DNA of 37,124 nt. Origin: a candidate division FCPU426 bacterium (GTDB taxonomy: Bacteria; Oederibacteriota; Muellerivitia; Muellerivitales; Muellerivitaceae). Each line of letters opens with the position of its first letter. The stretch's first letter is position 1. Of the stretch, positions 24,672-35,959 are shown in pieces. The stretch covers positions 1 through 37,124 of the forward strand of contig CAWHOE010000040.1 in NCBI GenBank assembly GCA_963830915.1. Reading direction: 5' to 3'. Below the pieces are notes generated by a model. The model saw only the letters and a list, made by a program, of their open reading frames with translations. It made no database searches and was not told the DNA's origin. Both the position numbers and the translations under genes were made by a program.

Positions 24672-27356
24672 CTACGCTCCGTGGCATTTCTTGAACTTCT
24701 TCCCTGAACCACACCAACAGGGATCGTTACGGCCGACTTTGGGCTCGTCACGGCGGATGGGGGCGACCTTGGCCGGGGCCTGTTGCTGTCCACCCGCTTG
24801 GGTCTGCCAATTTTCCATGCCGGGGGGAGGAGCCATACCCGGAGGCATGTTCTGACCCATCATTCCGGCTCCGGCTGGAACGGGAGCGGGCGCTTTGGCG
24901 ACCGCCGCCCTGGGATCGAAATCCGGGTGTTCTTCCTTGGCGCTCACCGGCTTGGCGTTGGCGAAGAACTGTTCGGGGGCGTTCACGGTCTGGACCAGGA
25001 AGATGAGCCTCAGGGTCTCTTCCTCGATACGGCCTAGCATGTCCATGAACATGGACAAACCTTCCCTCTTGTACTCGATGAGGGGGTCTTTTTGTCCATA
25101 AGCCTGGAGGCCGATGCCTTCCTTCAAATGGTCCATGCTCAACAGATGGTCCTTCCACTGGTTGTCTATGACTTCCAGCAGAATGGCCCTTTCCAGGGTC
25201 CTCATGACCTCCGGTTTTAAGGAAGCCTCTTTTTTCTCATAGGCCTTGATGATGTCTTCCCGAAGGGATTGGAAGATGGCGTCCCGGTCCAGGTTGCGAA
25301 GGTTCTGCAGGTTCCAGTCCAGTTCATGCTGGAAGATACCCGCGTACCATTTCTTCAAACCGTCGATATCCCAATCGTCCGCCGCGGATTTCTCGGGGAA
25401 ATAGACCTCGACCCCGTCCGCCGCCACATCCTCCAGGATCTGGAGCATATGGGCCCGGATGTCCCCTTCCCGCAGGACGCGGTTGCGTTCCTTATAGATG
25501 CGCTCACGCTGTTTGTTCATGACGTCGTCATATTCCAGCAGGTGTTTGCGGATATCGAAGTTATGGCCTTCCACGGCCTTCTGGGACCTTTCGATGGCTT
25601 TGGAGACCCAGGGGTGGGAGATGACCTCCCCTTCCTGCATGCCCAGCTTGCCCATCCAGTCCTTGAGCTTGTCCGAGCCGAAGATGCGCATCAGGTCGTC
25701 TTCCAGGGAAACATAAAAACGGGAAAGACCCGGGTCGCCTTGACGGCCGGAACGGCCGCGTAATTGGTTGTCGATACGGCGGCTCTCGTGACGCTCCGTG
25801 CCCAGGACCGCCAGCCCGCCCACTTCCTTGACCCCCTCCCCCAGCACGATGTCCGTGCCGCGGCCCGCCATGTTGGTGGCGATGGTGACGGCGGCCGACT
25901 GGCCCGCCATGGAGATGATCTCGGCCTCACGGGCGTGGAATTTCGCGTTCAGGACCTCGTGCTTCACGCCCCTTTTCTTCAAGAGGCCGGAGAGCAATTC
26001 GTTCTTCTCGATGGAAACCGTCCCGACCAGGACCGGCTGTTTCTTCTCGTTGAGACGGACGATCTCCTCGACGATGGCGTCGAACTTTTCCTTGTGGGTG
26101 CGGTAGACCGCGTCCGAATCGTCGGCGCGGACCATCGGGTTGTGGGTCGGTACCCCGACCACGTCCAGTTTGTATATCTCCTTGAACTCGGCGGCCTCGG
26201 TCTCGGCCGTTCCGGTCATGCCCGCCAGTTTCTTGTACATGCGGAAGAAGTTCTGGAAGGTGATGGTGGCCAGGGTCTGGTTCTCGGCCTCGATCTTGAC
26301 CTTTTCCTTGGCTTCCAGGGCCTGGTGCAGACCGTCGCTGTAGCGGCGTCCCGGCATGATGCGTCCGGTGAACTCATCGACGATGATGACCTCGCCCTCC
26401 TGGACGATATAGTCCACGTCCCTCTTGAAGATGACGTGGGCTTTCAGGGCCTGGTTGACATGGTGGACCAGCTGGACGTTCTTGTGGTCGTAGAGGTTGT
26501 CGACCTTCAACAACTGCTCCACATGGCGCACACCCGCCTCGGTCAAGAAGGCCGACCGTGTCTTTTCCTCGATCTCGTAATCCAGTTCCTTGCCTTTTTT
26601 CAAGGCGGGGATGATGCGGTCGATGCGGTAATAGAGGTCGGTGGATTCCTCACTGGGGCCGGAAATGATCAGGGGGGTCCTGGCCTCGTCGATGAGGATG
26701 CTGTCCACCTCGTCCACGATGGCGTAATGGAGGTTCCGCTGGACCACATAGTCCATGGAAGTGGCCATATTATCCCGGAGGTAGTCGAAACCCATCTCAT
26801 TATTGGTCCCGTAGGTGATATCGCAGTTATAAGCGTCCTTGCGTTGGATGTGGGAGATGCCGTGCTTGATGACCCCGCAGGACATGCCGAGGAAGTTGTA
26901 GATATTGGCCATACCCTTGAAACGGCCCAACCCCAAGCTGTCGCGTTCGGCCAGGTAGTCGTTCACGGTGACGACGTGCACGCCCTTGCCTTCCAGGGCG
27001 TTCAGATAGACAGGGAGGGTGGCCACCAGGGTCTTACCCTCGCCGGTTTTCATCTCTGAGATCCGGCCGGAATGGAGCACCATCCCGCCGAGCATCTGGA
27101 CGTCGAAATGGCGGAGGCCCATGGTCCTTTTGGAGGTTTCCCGGACCACCGCGAAAGCCTCGGCCAGGATATCGTCCAGGGTCTCTCCGTGGGTCAGCCT
27201 ATCCTTGAACTCGTCCGTTTTTTGCCTGAGTTGGGTATCGGAAAGGGCCTGTATCTTGGGTTCGAAGGCGTTGATCTCCAGGACCTTGGGTTGGAGCTTT
27301 TTGATCTCCCGTTCGTTCTTACTGCCGAAAATCTTGGTCAATATCGTATCGAGCAT
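24672..27356 (-). CDS. secA: preprotein translocase ATPase SecA
   Basis: [58 protein letters not shown]-terminal [19 protein letters not shown]. Confidence 0.99.
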   Translation of the reverse strand: MLDTILTKIFGSKNEREIKKLQPKVLEINAFEPKIQALSDTQLRQKTDEFKDRLTHGETLDDILAEAFAVVRETSKRTMGLRHFDVQMLGGMVLHSGRISEMKTGEGKTLVATLPVYLNALEGKGVHVVTVNDYLAERDSLGLGRFKGMANIYNFLGMSCGVIKHGISHIQRKDAYNCDITYGTNNEMGFDYLRDNMATSMDYVVQRNLHYAIVDEVDSILIDEARTPLIISGPSEESTDLYYRIDRIIPALKKGKELDYEIEEKTRSAFLTEAGVRHVEQLLKVDNLYDHKNVQLVHHVNQALKAHVIFKRDVDYIVQEGEVIIVDEFTGRIMPGRRYSDGLHQALEAKEKVKIEAENQTLATITFQNFFRMYKKLAGMTGTAETEAAEFKEIYKLDVVGVPTHNPMVRADDSDAVYRTHKEKFDAIVEEIVRLNEKKQPVLVGTVSIEKNELLSGLLKKRGVKHEVLNAKFHAREAEIISMAGQSAAVTIATNMAGRGTDIVLGEGVKEVGGLAVLGTERHESRRIDNQLRGRSGRQGDPGLSRFYVSLEDDLMRIFGSDKLKDWMGKLGMQEGEVISHPWVSKAIERSQKAVEGHNFDIRKHLLEYDDVMNKQRERIYKERNRVLREGDIRAHMLQILEDVAADGVEVYFPEKSAADDWDIDGLKKWYAGIFQHELDWNLQNLRNLDRDAIFQSLREDIIKAYEKKEASLKPEVMRTLERAILLEVIDNQWKDHLLSMDHLKEGIGLQAYGQKDPLIEYKREGLSMFMDMLGRIEEETLRLIFLVQTVNAPEQFFANAKPVSAKEEHPDFDPRAAVAKAPAPVPAGAGMMGQNMPPGMAPPPGMENWQTQAGGQQQAPAKVAPIRRDEPKVGRNDPCWCGSGKKFKKCHGA

Positions 27357-27479
27357 GTTTCCTCATTATTGGGGGTAATTGTTGGCGAAAGAGGGATAAG
27401 TATAGGGTTTTTGCATAGGGGGTTCAAGGCAATACCCCCCGGCAGACTCATGGAAACAAAGGATTTCAGGATGGAGGGA

Positions 27480-28067
27480 CTAGGGTGTGCCCGTCGGCTT
27501 GGCGCTTTCAGGACCGGACAATTTCGCCTCGATCTCCCGGATCTTTTTCTCGATGTCAGCCTTGTCTTTTTTTTGGTCGACGGCTTTCAAGGAGGATTCG
27601 GCCGCCATCTGGTTGTACTGGGCTTCCTGCCATCGGGCCCAGGCCAGTTTTCTTTTCTCGATGGCCAGTTGAAGTTCCAACTCGGCTTTCTCTTTTTGGC
27701 CTTTCGCTTGTTCCTTGAGGGACTTCCCGGCTTTGAGCCAGCGCTTGTAGGCTCTTTTCGCCCTTTGATCGTATAGGGTCGTTTCCAACCTGGTCCTATC
27801 CCAGGCGTCCTTCAACTTTTGGGTTTCTTCCTTGGCCTTTTCCAATTCCTTGGCCGCTTTATCCAAGGCCGTGTCAACGACCGGGGTCGTTTGTTCGGCA
27901 AAAACCGAATTTATTGGCCACAGATGAACACAGATAAACACGGATGAAACAAGGATGGATCTTTGAATGATGGACGATCCAAACCATTTTCGGGCAAGCG
28001 AGGACTTTTTGTTAATCGACCTTTGAACTTGCCCCATTTTTATTGATCGGAGTTCATCGGTGTTCAT
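27480..28067 (-). CDS. exported coiled-coil hypothetical protein (start uncertain)
   Basis: Signal-peptide-like segment ending VFA, then K/E/A-rich coiled coil; N-terminus overlaps a repeat element. Confidence 0.65.
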   Translation of the reverse strand: MNTDELRSIKMGQVQRSINKKSSLARKWFGSSIIQRSILVSSVFICVHLWPINSVFAEQTTPVVDTALDKAAKELEKAKEETQKLKDAWDRTRLETTLYDQRAKRAYKRWLKAGKSLKEQAKGQKEKAELELQLAIEKRKLAWARWQEAQYNQMAAESSLKAVDQKKDKADIEKKIREIEAKLSGPESAKPTGTP

Positions 28068-28073
28068 CGGTGG
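27918..28073. repeat. inverted pair of CCACAGATGAACACAGAT-type repeats
   Basis: CCACAGATGAACACAGATAAACACGGAT (27918-27945) and ATCGGAGTTCATCGGTGTTCATCGGTGG (28046-28073); a lone related arm at 18163-18190. Confidence 0.75.
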
Positions 28074-30098
28074 CTCGCTTTACGTATTTTCCAACCAACT
28101 TCTCGAATGCTTCCTCGGACAATATCTCGACCCCTAGTTCCTTCGCCTTCTTCAATTTGGATCCTGCCGCCTCCCCTGCCACCACAAAGGAAGTCAGTTT
28201 CGATACCGAACCGGCCGCCTTGGCGCCCAATTTCTTGACCAGATCCTCTCCTTCTTTGCGGCTGTAACCCTTCAACTCCCCCGTGAAAACGAAGGTCTTG
28301 CCCTGGAAAGGCTGTTCGCCAGAGGGCTCCTCTTCCTTGAGGCGTTTGAGGTTGACGCCGGATTTTTCCAGCTTCTGGACGATCTTGAGGTTCTGCTGGT
28401 TGGCGAAAAAAGCGGTGATGGAACGGGAAACGACCGGTCCAATACCGTCGATAGCCGAAAGCTCATCCTCCGAAGCCTCCGCCGCCTGCCAGAAGATCCT
28501 TGTAGCGCGAGGCCAATATCTCCGCCACATGAACCCCCACATGACGGATGCCCAGGGCGAACAGGAGGCGACCCAGGGTCCTCTTGCGGCTTTCCTCGAT
28601 CTGGCCGATGAGATTTTGGGCGGACTTTTCGGCCTTGCGTTCCAATTCGGCCACCTCCAGCTCGGTCAGGGTGTAAAGATCGGCGTAATCATGGATGAGC
28701 TTCTCGGAAAGCAGTTGTTTGACCACTGCCGGGCCGGCGCCCCGGATATCCATGGCGTCCCTACCGCAAAAATGCTCGATGCGCCTCTCCACCTGGGCCT
28801 CGCAAGCCGCGTTCTCGCACCGCCAGGCGGCCTCTCCCTCTTCCCTTTCCAGTTTCGAGGAACAAACCGGACAGGACGAAGGCATCTTGAATTCCTTTTC
28901 CCCGCCTTTTCTTTTTTCCGGAATGGATCGGAGCACCTTGGGGATGACCAAACCGCCTTTTTCCACGATGACCCGGTCGCCGACCCTGAGGTCCTTGCGT
29001 TTGATCTCGTCCTCATTGTGCAAAGTAGCCCTGCTGACGGTTGTACCCTCGAGCAAGACCGGTTCCAATTCGGCGACCGGCGTGATGGCCCCAGTCCGGC
29101 CGACCTGAAGGGTGATGGCTTTGAGCGTCGTTTCGGCCTTCTGGGCGGAGAATTTGAAAGCGATGGCCCAACGGGGGATCTTGGAGGTCGTCCCAAGTTT
29201 TTCCTGCTGGTCGAATCGGTCCACCTTCAGGACCACTCCATCCACGTCGAAGGGGATCGTTCCCCGTTTGGCCTGGAACTCCTCGCAATAGGCGTGGACC
29301 GCCTCGATATCAGGACAGACCCGGTAATGGGCATTGACCGGGAAACCCGTTTTCGAAAGCCACTTCAAACTTTCCGAATGGGTCTTGAAAGGCAGGGGCT
29401 GGGGCGAAAGAACGAAATAAAGGAAGATATTCAACGGCCTCTTGGCCACCTCCGCCGGGTCGATGGTCTTCAGGGTGCCGGCCGCGGCGTTCCGGGGATT
29501 GGCGAACAATGTCTCCTCCGCCGATTCCCTTTCCTCATTGATCCGCTCGAAATCTGCGCGGTTGAAGAACACTTCCCCTCGGACCTCCAACCGGTCGGGC
29601 GCGTTGGACGGCTTGATCCGGGAAGGAACCCCCGGGATGGTCCGAACGTTGGCCAGCACGTCATCGCCCTTCTCCCCATCACCCCGGGTCAGGGCTTGGG
29701 TCAACTCGCCTTTTTCGTAGACCAGTTCCATGCTCACGCCGTCGATCTTCAGTTCGCACACATACCCGTACTTTTCATCTCCCAAGCCCTTTTTTACCCG
29801 GCCGTCGAATTCCTGAAGTTCCTCCAGGGAATAGGTGTTATCCAGGGAAAGCATGGGCACCCGATGGGGTTCGGTCTTGAAGTGTTTGGCGGTCGTACCG
29901 CCCACCCGTTGGGTAGGAGAGTCAGCGGTTCTTCAGGGAGGGGTGTTTTTCTTCCAGGTCCTTCAGTTCTCGATAAAGGCTGTCGTACTCGAGATCCGGT
30001 ATCTCGGGTTGGGCCTCGTCATAATACTTTTGGTCGTGGTAGCGGATCTGTCGGCGCAGTTCCTCGACGCGTTTCTTGATCTCAGAAGTGGGTTTCAT
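28054..30098 (-). CDS. ligA: NAD-dependent DNA ligase, two apparent +1 frameshifts (~29929, ~28493)
   Basis: MKPTSEIKKRVEELRRQIRYHDQKYY..EYD from 30098; MLSLDN, ELKIDG, TRGDG, NPRNAAAG, VGRTG, Zn finger, HhH and BRCT (GKTFVFTG..GSKLKKA) spread over three frames. Confidence 0.95.
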
Positions 30099-30198
30099 GG
30101 TCGGTCAGCTCTTCCTCGGAGATATGGATCGGGATCTCAGGATCGATTTGGGATATTCGGAATCCACTACGGAAATTCACGGAAAGCTTACGAACGGG

Positions 30199-30930
30199 TC
30201 ATTTGCCGGACTTGAGGCGCTGGGCAAGGTAGTCGGAGAGGCCGGCTTCCAGGGTTTTCCGGGCGGTCGTCTCAAAATCATAGTCGATGCGCTTGATCGC
30301 GAGTTTCCGGGAATGGGAATCGTACATCACGTAACAGGTCTTGGGGTTCCCATCCCTGGGCTGTCCCACGCTCCCCACATTCACCAGGTACCGGCAATCC
30401 TTTTGAAGCTCATATTCCTGTTCTTGAAGGACGCGGACCGTCCCGTCCTTTTTCTGTTCGGCGATGAAGGGTTTGTGCACATGGCCGAAGAAACAGACGA
30501 ACCCCTGGAAATAGCGGAAGTTGCGTTCTAATTCCTCCTGGCTCGTCAAATAATGCCAGTCCTCACTCTGGAACGGCGAGGAATGCACCAATTGGATGTC
30601 CCCGATTTCCTCCTTCATACGAAGGGACTCAAGGAACTTGAAATGCTCGGGTTTGAGCTGGGTCTTGGTCCAATGGATGGCGTCGGCGGCCGGTTGGTTG
30701 AAACTGGAGAGGGAGGTCTTGCCCAGGCATCCCGCGTCGTGATTGCCCAGGACCATTTTCCAGCACTTCAGGGATTGAATGAGCTCGATGACTTCCGCCG
30801 GGTTGGCGTAATAACCCACGAAATCGCCCAGGCAGAGATAGTCCTCCGCACCGTCGGCCTTCATGGCCTTGGCCACTTCGGTCATCGCCTCGATATTGCT
30901 ATGTATGTCCGAAAAGATCCCGTAACGCAT
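30199..30930 (-). CDS. calcineurin-like metallophosphoesterase
   Basis: SDIHSN, LGDFVGY, GNHD, HSSP, GHVH, NVGSVGQPRDG. Confidence 0.93.
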   Translation of the reverse strand: MRYGIFSDIHSNIEAMTEVAKAMKADGAEDYLCLGDFVGYYANPAEVIELIQSLKCWKMVLGNHDAGCLGKTSLSSFNQPAADAIHWTKTQLKPEHFKFLESLRMKEEIGDIQLVHSSPFQSEDWHYLTSQEELERNFRYFQGFVCFFGHVHKPFIAEQKKDGTVRVLQEQEYELQKDCRYLVNVGSVGQPRDGNPKTCYVMYDSHSRKLAIKRIDYDFETTARKTLEAGLSDYLAQRLKSGK

Positions 30931-31047
30931 GCGCCCTCGATGAATGGGTCTGGTGCGGATATTTTAACACGCCACCTAGGATGACAAAGCTTAAAAGCAA
31001 TCGCAAGGGGAGCAAGAGGACTTATTTAGGAAGGGAATACGGAATTT

Positions 31048-31398
31048 TTATCTGGCTTTTTTCTGCAGAAGGTAGCTCAAGATCCGTAGGCGATTCTCCT
31101 GGGTCTCGTTGTATTTGCAGAAGGCCTGCAAAGCGGGCAAATAAGCGGTCTTTTCGTTCAAACGACAGTTGAGTTCGCCATCCAGCCTTTTATCCAGGAA
31201 AACCATCCCCAGCTTCTCTAGTTTTTGGAGGGGTTTGAGTACGTCCTCGGCCGTCCGTCCCAACAGCTGGGCCATCCGGGCCGGCGTGTCCAGTTCGGTC
31301 TCTTTTTTTACTGCGTAGATAAGCAGGTCCCACATGACGAAGGAATCCACCACCTCGTCAACAAAGCCCCTGATATTATCCGGAATATCGATCTCCAC
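31048..31398 (-). CDS. hypothetical protein, possible winged helix
   Basis: 116 aa; TPARMAQLLGRTAEDVLKPLQKLEKLGMV resembles a wHTH; GAGGAG RBS before GTG. Confidence 0.65.
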   Translation of the reverse strand: MEIDIPDNIRGFVDEVVDSFVMWDLLIYAVKKETELDTPARMAQLLGRTAEDVLKPLQKLEKLGMVFLDKRLDGELNCRLNEKTAYLPALQAFCKYNETQENRLRILSYLLQKKAR

Positions 31399-31440
31399 GA
31401 CCGCTCCTCAAAAAAGTTTCATCCTTGAGATGTCCTAGAA

Positions 31441-31851
31441 CTAAACAGCCCTTTTATCCAGCTTGTCCAGGATGCCGTTCACGAACTTACTGGACTCATC
31501 CGTACTATAGCGTTTCACGATCTCAATGGCCTCGTTGATAGCCACCGATTTCGGGATATCCGTATCGTAGACGATCTCATAAGCCGCCAATCTCAGGATG
31601 TTCCTATCCACCGCCGCCATACGCGTCAGGTCCCAGTTCTCGGCCAGGTCCCTGAGCTGTTTGTCGATATCCGAGATCTTGTCCCAGGTGTTGCGGACCA
31701 TCCGAAGGGACATGATCTTGGCCGCCATGGGCGCGCTGGCTTGGGGCAAGAAGTTCTCTTCCAGGTCCTTGATCTGGACCGTCCCCATATCCATCTGGAA
31801 CAACATTTGGAGGGCCAATTCCCTAGCCCTGCGTTTCAATCCCACTTTCAT
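31441..31851 (-). CDS. nusB: transcription antitermination factor NusB
   Basis: RRARELALQMLFQ, WDLTRMAAVDRNILRLA, VAINEAIEIVK, FVNGILD; follows ribH. Confidence 0.96.
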   Translation of the reverse strand: MKVGLKRRARELALQMLFQMDMGTVQIKDLEENFLPQASAPMAAKIMSLRMVRNTWDKISDIDKQLRDLAENWDLTRMAAVDRNILRLAAYEIVYDTDIPKSVAINEAIEIVKRYSTDESSKFVNGILDKLDKRAV

Positions 31852-31858
31852 CGTGTTC

Positions 31859-32329
31859 TCACTTAATCCGCCGGAGGACCGAAAGGGTCTCCAGCAGGTG
31901 CAGGGCGGCTTCCACGCCCTTGTTGTCGTTTTTTTCACCGGCTCGGGCCAGGGCCTGATCCAAATTCTCTGTCGTCAAGATGCCCAGCGAGACAGGAACC
32001 CCTGTTTCATCGGTCAGTCTCATCAAGGAACCCGCGATCTCCCGGCCAATGACCTCGTGGTGCGTCGTCTCGCCCCGGATGATGGCCCCCAGGACGATCA
32101 GACCCTCAAACCTGCCTGTCTTGACCATCCGGCGTGCGGTCACCGGTATTTCCCAGGCGCCAGGCACCCAGGCCACCTCCACGTCCTTATCCGACGTTCC
32201 CTTGAACGCCAGGGTCTCGAGAGCCCCTTTCAGGAGCCTCTGGCCGATCAGGTCATTGAAACGGCTTACCACGATGCCGACCCGCGTGTTGGCTCCCTCG
32301 GGTTGGCCTTCAAAAACAATGGGCGTCAT
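31859..32329 (-). CDS. ribH: 6,7-dimethyl-8-ribityllumazine synthase
   Basis: IVVSRFN, VPGAWEIP, LGAIIRGETTH, QALARAG..NKG. Confidence 0.96.
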   Translation of the reverse strand: MTPIVFEGQPEGANTRVGIVVSRFNDLIGQRLLKGALETLAFKGTSDKDVEVAWVPGAWEIPVTARRMVKTGRFEGLIVLGAIIRGETTHHEVIGREIAGSLMRLTDETGVPVSLGILTTENLDQALARAGEKNDNKGVEAALHLLETLSVLRRIK

Positions 32330-32349
32330 TCTAGTACCTCGGACCTGTT

Positions 32350-33555
32350 TTATTCCATTTTTTTGTCTAAAAAATGTCCCATCTTCGAGCGCTTTGTCTC
32401 TAGATACCGCTTATTTTGAGGGGTCGAGGGTATCTGAATGGGCACCCGTTCCACCACCTTCAAGCCATAACCTTCCAACCCCACGATCTTCTTGGGATTG
32501 TTGGTCAAAAGCCTGATCTCCTCGATGCCCAGGTCCACCAGGATCTGGGCCCCGATGCCGTAATCCCTCAGGTCGGCTGGGAACCCCAGTTTTTCGTTGG
32601 CTTCCACCGTATCCAAACCTTGGTCCTGCAGCTGGTAGGCCTTGAGTTTGTTCAATAACCCGATGCCCCTGCCCTCCTGCCTCATGTAAAGCACCACGCC
32701 GCTGCCTTCTTCATCGATCTGCCTCATGGCCGCGTGGAGCTGGGCCCCGCAATCGCAGCGCAGGGAATGGAAAACATCCCCCGTCAAACATTCCGAATGG
32801 ACCCGGACCAGGACGGGCCCCTTGGAAATATCCCCCTTCACCAGCGCCAGACTGTCGTCATCCTCCGTCGAGGCTTTATAAACGTTGACCGTCCAATCGC
32901 CCGATTCGGTGGGCAATGGGACTTCCAGGACACGGCGGACAAGTTTTTCTTTTTCCTGCCGATAGTGGATGAGTTCAGCGATGGTGATGAGGGTCAATTG
33001 GTGCTTTTCCGAGAAAGCCCTGAGATCATCCATCCTGGCCATATTGCCGTCATCCTTCATGATCTCGCAGATGACGCCCATCGGACGCAAACCCCCGAGT
33101 TTGAGCAGGTCGACGACCGCTTCGGTGTGCCCCGCGCGGCGCAGAACCCCGCCCTTTCGGTACATCAGGGGAAAAACATGGCCCGGCTTGACCAATTGGC
33201 TGGGTTTGGAGAGAGGGTTCGCGATGGTCTGGATGGTCCTGGCCCGGTCGTGGGCCGAGATACCCGTAGTGGTCCCTTCCTTCGCGTCCACCGAGACGGT
33301 GAAAGCGGTGCGGAAGTTATCCTCTTGCTGGGCGACCATCATGGAAAGACCCAGACGTTCCAGGTCCTCTGAAAGCATGGGGACACAGATCAACCCCCGG
33401 CCTTCCTTGGCCATGAAGTTGACGGCCTCCGGGGTGACCATTTCGGCGGCCATCACCAGGTCCCCCTCGTTCTCGCGGTTCTCGTCATCGGCCACGATGA
33501 CCATCTTGCCGGCCCGGAGGTCCTCGATCGCTTGCTCGATTCGCTTCAATTCCAT
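32350..33555 (-). CDS. ribBA: bifunctional DHBP synthase / GTP cyclohydrolase II
   Basis: [54 protein letters not shown]. Confidence 0.97.
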   Translation of the reverse strand: MELKRIEQAIEDLRAGKMVIVADDENRENEGDLVMAAEMVTPEAVNFMAKEGRGLICVPMLSEDLERLGLSMMVAQQEDNFRTAFTVSVDAKEGTTTGISAHDRARTIQTIANPLSKPSQLVKPGHVFPLMYRKGGVLRRAGHTEAVVDLLKLGGLRPMGVICEIMKDDGNMARMDDLRAFSEKHQLTLITIAELIHYRQEKEKLVRRVLEVPLPTESGDWTVNVYKASTEDDDSLALVKGDISKGPVLVRVHSECLTGDVFHSLRCDCGAQLHAAMRQIDEEGSGVVLYMRQEGRGIGLLNKLKAYQLQDQGLDTVEANEKLGFPADLRDYGIGAQILVDLGIEEIRLLTNNPKKIVGLEGYGLKVVERVPIQIPSTPQNKRYLETKRSKMGHFLDKKME

Positions 33556-33580
33556 CCTGAAAATCCCTTCCAATGGGGAG

Positions 33581-34009
33581 TTAGAGATAAAGATCCAATA
33601 ACATGCCGCGGATCTCGTTCAGAGCCGCCACCAGCCTCATGGAGTCCTGCTGGCCGGCCAACAGCATCTGCGCCAGGTTTTCCAACGCCTCGTCCACTCT
33701 TTGCGTCGTCAGGTATACCACGAACTTCCCATCCTTCTTTTTACCGTGCTTTTCCTCCAACCGGAAGGAGCCGCTCACCACTTTCTTCATGAACTTCTTG
33801 ACCGCGTCCTTGTATTCCTCGAATTCCTTCAGGCCCTTGGCGGCGAAAAGTCTTTTCCCCTTTTCCTCCACATCGGTGATCAACAAGGCCAGGTCTGCCC
33901 GTAAGCCTGAATCCATCACTTTTTTGATGCGCTCATTGACCGCCGGCGCGAACAAGGGAGCGATCGGTTGGGGTTTGTCGCCGTCTTCCCCTACTTTATC
34001 GATCTTCAT
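33581..34009 (-). CDS. YaaR / DUF327 family protein
   Basis: [41 protein letters not shown]. Confidence 0.8.
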   Translation of the reverse strand: MKIDKVGEDGDKPQPIAPLFAPAVNERIKKVMDSGLRADLALLITDVEEKGKRLFAAKGLKEFEEYKDAVKKFMKKVVSGSFRLEEKHGKKKDGKFVVYLTTQRVDEALENLAQMLLAGQQDSMRLVAALNEIRGMLLDLYL

Positions 34010-34617
34010 TTCGCTCCTTTCGCCTGAAAATATCCCAGGGCCAGTTTTTCCAGGTGCTTGGCCAGCATGTCCACTTCCACGTGCAGGAAGTCACCCGTTT
34101 TCTTGGTCTTGAGGTTGGTATTCTCCATGGTGTGGGGTATGAGCGCCAACTCAACCTCGTCACCCCGGATCGAAGCCACCGTCAAGCTGATACCGTCCAG
34201 GGCCAGGCTTCCTTTTTCGACCACATAGAGGGTCAATTCCTTGGGCAAACGGGCCTTCATGCGATACCCCTCGCCTTCCGGGACCACCTCGATGACCGTC
34301 GCCTTTCCATCCACATGCCCCTGGACAAAATGGCCTCCCAGACTTTCGGACAGGGTCAGGGGTAATTCCACATTGACCAACGAGCCTTCCTTCAAGGACC
34401 CCAGCGCCGTGCGGTCGAGCGTCTCAGGAACGGCCTGGAACGAAAAAACGGGCGGGGCCAGATCGACCACCGTCAGACAACAGCCATTCACCGCCACGCT
34501 ATCGCCGATCCTCAGCTTCCCGGCGGTGCGAGGAGCTTCCAAGGAAAGCCTCAGGTCCCGGCCTTTCAAAAGCGCGGAACGAACCTTGGCGACTTCCTGG
34601 ATCAAACCCGTGAACAT
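34006..34617 (-). CDS. ribE: riboflavin synthase
   Basis: MFTGLI, GDSVAVNGCCLTV, LGGHFVQGHVDG, KGSLALDGISLTV, LIPHT. Confidence 0.96.
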   Translation of the reverse strand: MFTGLIQEVAKVRSALLKGRDLRLSLEAPRTAGKLRIGDSVAVNGCCLTVVDLAPPVFSFQAVPETLDRTALGSLKEGSLVNVELPLTLSESLGGHFVQGHVDGKATVIEVVPEGEGYRMKARLPKELTLYVVEKGSLALDGISLTVASIRGDEVELALIPHTMENTNLKTKKTGDFLHVEVDMLAKHLEKLALGYFQAKGAK

Positions 34618-34618
34618 T

Positions 34619-35719
34619 TCATTCCTCCATGCGGCCGGTCAAAAGGATATCCTCGCCCACTTTTTCCATCCGCACATGCTTAAGATTGGACGCCAGATTG
34701 GGATTTTCAACACCCTTCCCTCCCACCCAGGAAGGAGCGTCACCCCCGAATATCTTGGGCGAAAGGAATAAGTAGACCTTGTCCGCCAGGCCTTCCGCCA
34801 AAAAGGAAGCGTGTACCTGTCCCCCGCCTTCGACCATCAGGGTACGAACATCCAAAGAATGGAGGACCCTTAAAACGGCCTTCAAAGATAACATCTTTCC
34901 GCGTTTTGGCACCCTGAAAACGAGGATTCCCTTTTTCTCCAGGATTCTTTGAGCGGCTTGGGGGGCCTCCATGGAAGTGAAAACGACCGTTCGGGGTTTC
35001 CCCTGAAAAATCTTGGCTTTCGGGCTGATCCGGAAACGGCCGTCCAAAAGCACCCTCATGGGCCATCCATCCTCCCGGTCATAACCGGGGCTCCGAACGG
35101 TCAAGGAAGGATCGTCCATCCTCGCGGTTCCACTGCCTACCAGGATGGCGTCAGCCTTGGATCGCATCTCGTGGACCCATCGTCTGGCTTTATCACCCGT
35201 GATCCATTTGGATTTGCCGGATACGGTCGCGATCTTACCATCCAGACTGACCGCCGCCTTCAACCACACCCTGGGCCGCCGGTTCTTGATACTGAAGAGG
35301 AACGGTTCATTGAGTGACCTGGCTTCTTCCTCCAAGACCCCGTATTTGACCTGGATCCCAGCCTTTCGGAGTTTCTTGAATCCTTCCCCTTTGACAAGGG
35401 GAAAAGGGTCCCGCATGGCCGCGACGACCTTTTTAACTCCCGATCGGATCAGGGCGTCCGTACAGGGAGGCGTCTTGCCAAAATGGCTGCAAGGCTCCAG
35501 GGTGACATAAAGGGTGGAACCCATGGCCCGAGCGCCCGCCTTTTTGAGGGCAATGATCTCGGCGTGCGGACCCCCGAATTTTTGGTGTCCACCCTCTCCG
35601 ACCATTCGGCCGGACTTCACCAAGACCGCTCCCACCCGGGGATTGGGAGAGACATAACGCCCTTTTTTCTTGGCCAATTCCAGGGCCCGTCCCATCCATT
35701 TTCGATCCAAATCAGGCAC
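34619..35719 (-). CDS. ribD: riboflavin biosynthesis deaminase/reductase
   Basis: PNPRVGAV, HAE, TLEPCSHFGKTPPC, SLDGKIA..SKWIT, VEGGG. Confidence 0.97.
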   Translation of the reverse strand: MPDLDRKWMGRALELAKKKGRYVSPNPRVGAVLVKSGRMVGEGGHQKFGGPHAEIIALKKAGARAMGSTLYVTLEPCSHFGKTPPCTDALIRSGVKKVVAAMRDPFPLVKGEGFKKLRKAGIQVKYGVLEEEARSLNEPFLFSIKNRRPRVWLKAAVSLDGKIATVSGKSKWITGDKARRWVHEMRSKADAILVGSGTARMDDPSLTVRSPGYDREDGWPMRVLLDGRFRISPKAKIFQGKPRTVVFTSMEAPQAAQRILEKKGILVFRVPKRGKMLSLKAVLRVLHSLDVRTLMVEGGGQVHASFLAEGLADKVYLFLSPKIFGGDAPSWVGGKGVENPNLASNLKHVRMEKVGEDILLTGRMEE

Positions 35720-35959
35720 GTCATCCCCCGTTTCATGGGAAATTCAATGTAATAAGAACAACAGTATGTTACAGGGGTCCAAGGCATTCAAGGTTTCCCG
35801 ATTACATAAAGAACTTATTAAATCCACAAGGCGCTTCCCGAACATAGGCCATCCTAATTATCAGCCGCCGAACCAAGCCTTTCCGCTTTTCAAAAAAGGA
35901 GGCTAGGGTTAAAATCATCCGACTTTTCCTTATATATAACCCGCTTAAAGGAGTTCCTT

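Noticed and set aside
16936..35752. Long plus-strand ORFs such as 28283-30079, 25764-27059 and 19455-20426
   Set aside because: Antisense shadows of well-supported high-GC minus-strand genes.
35720..35959. FMN riboswitch expected upstream of ribD
   Set aside because: No GGGTGAAATTCCCGACCG-like RFN core on the minus strand.
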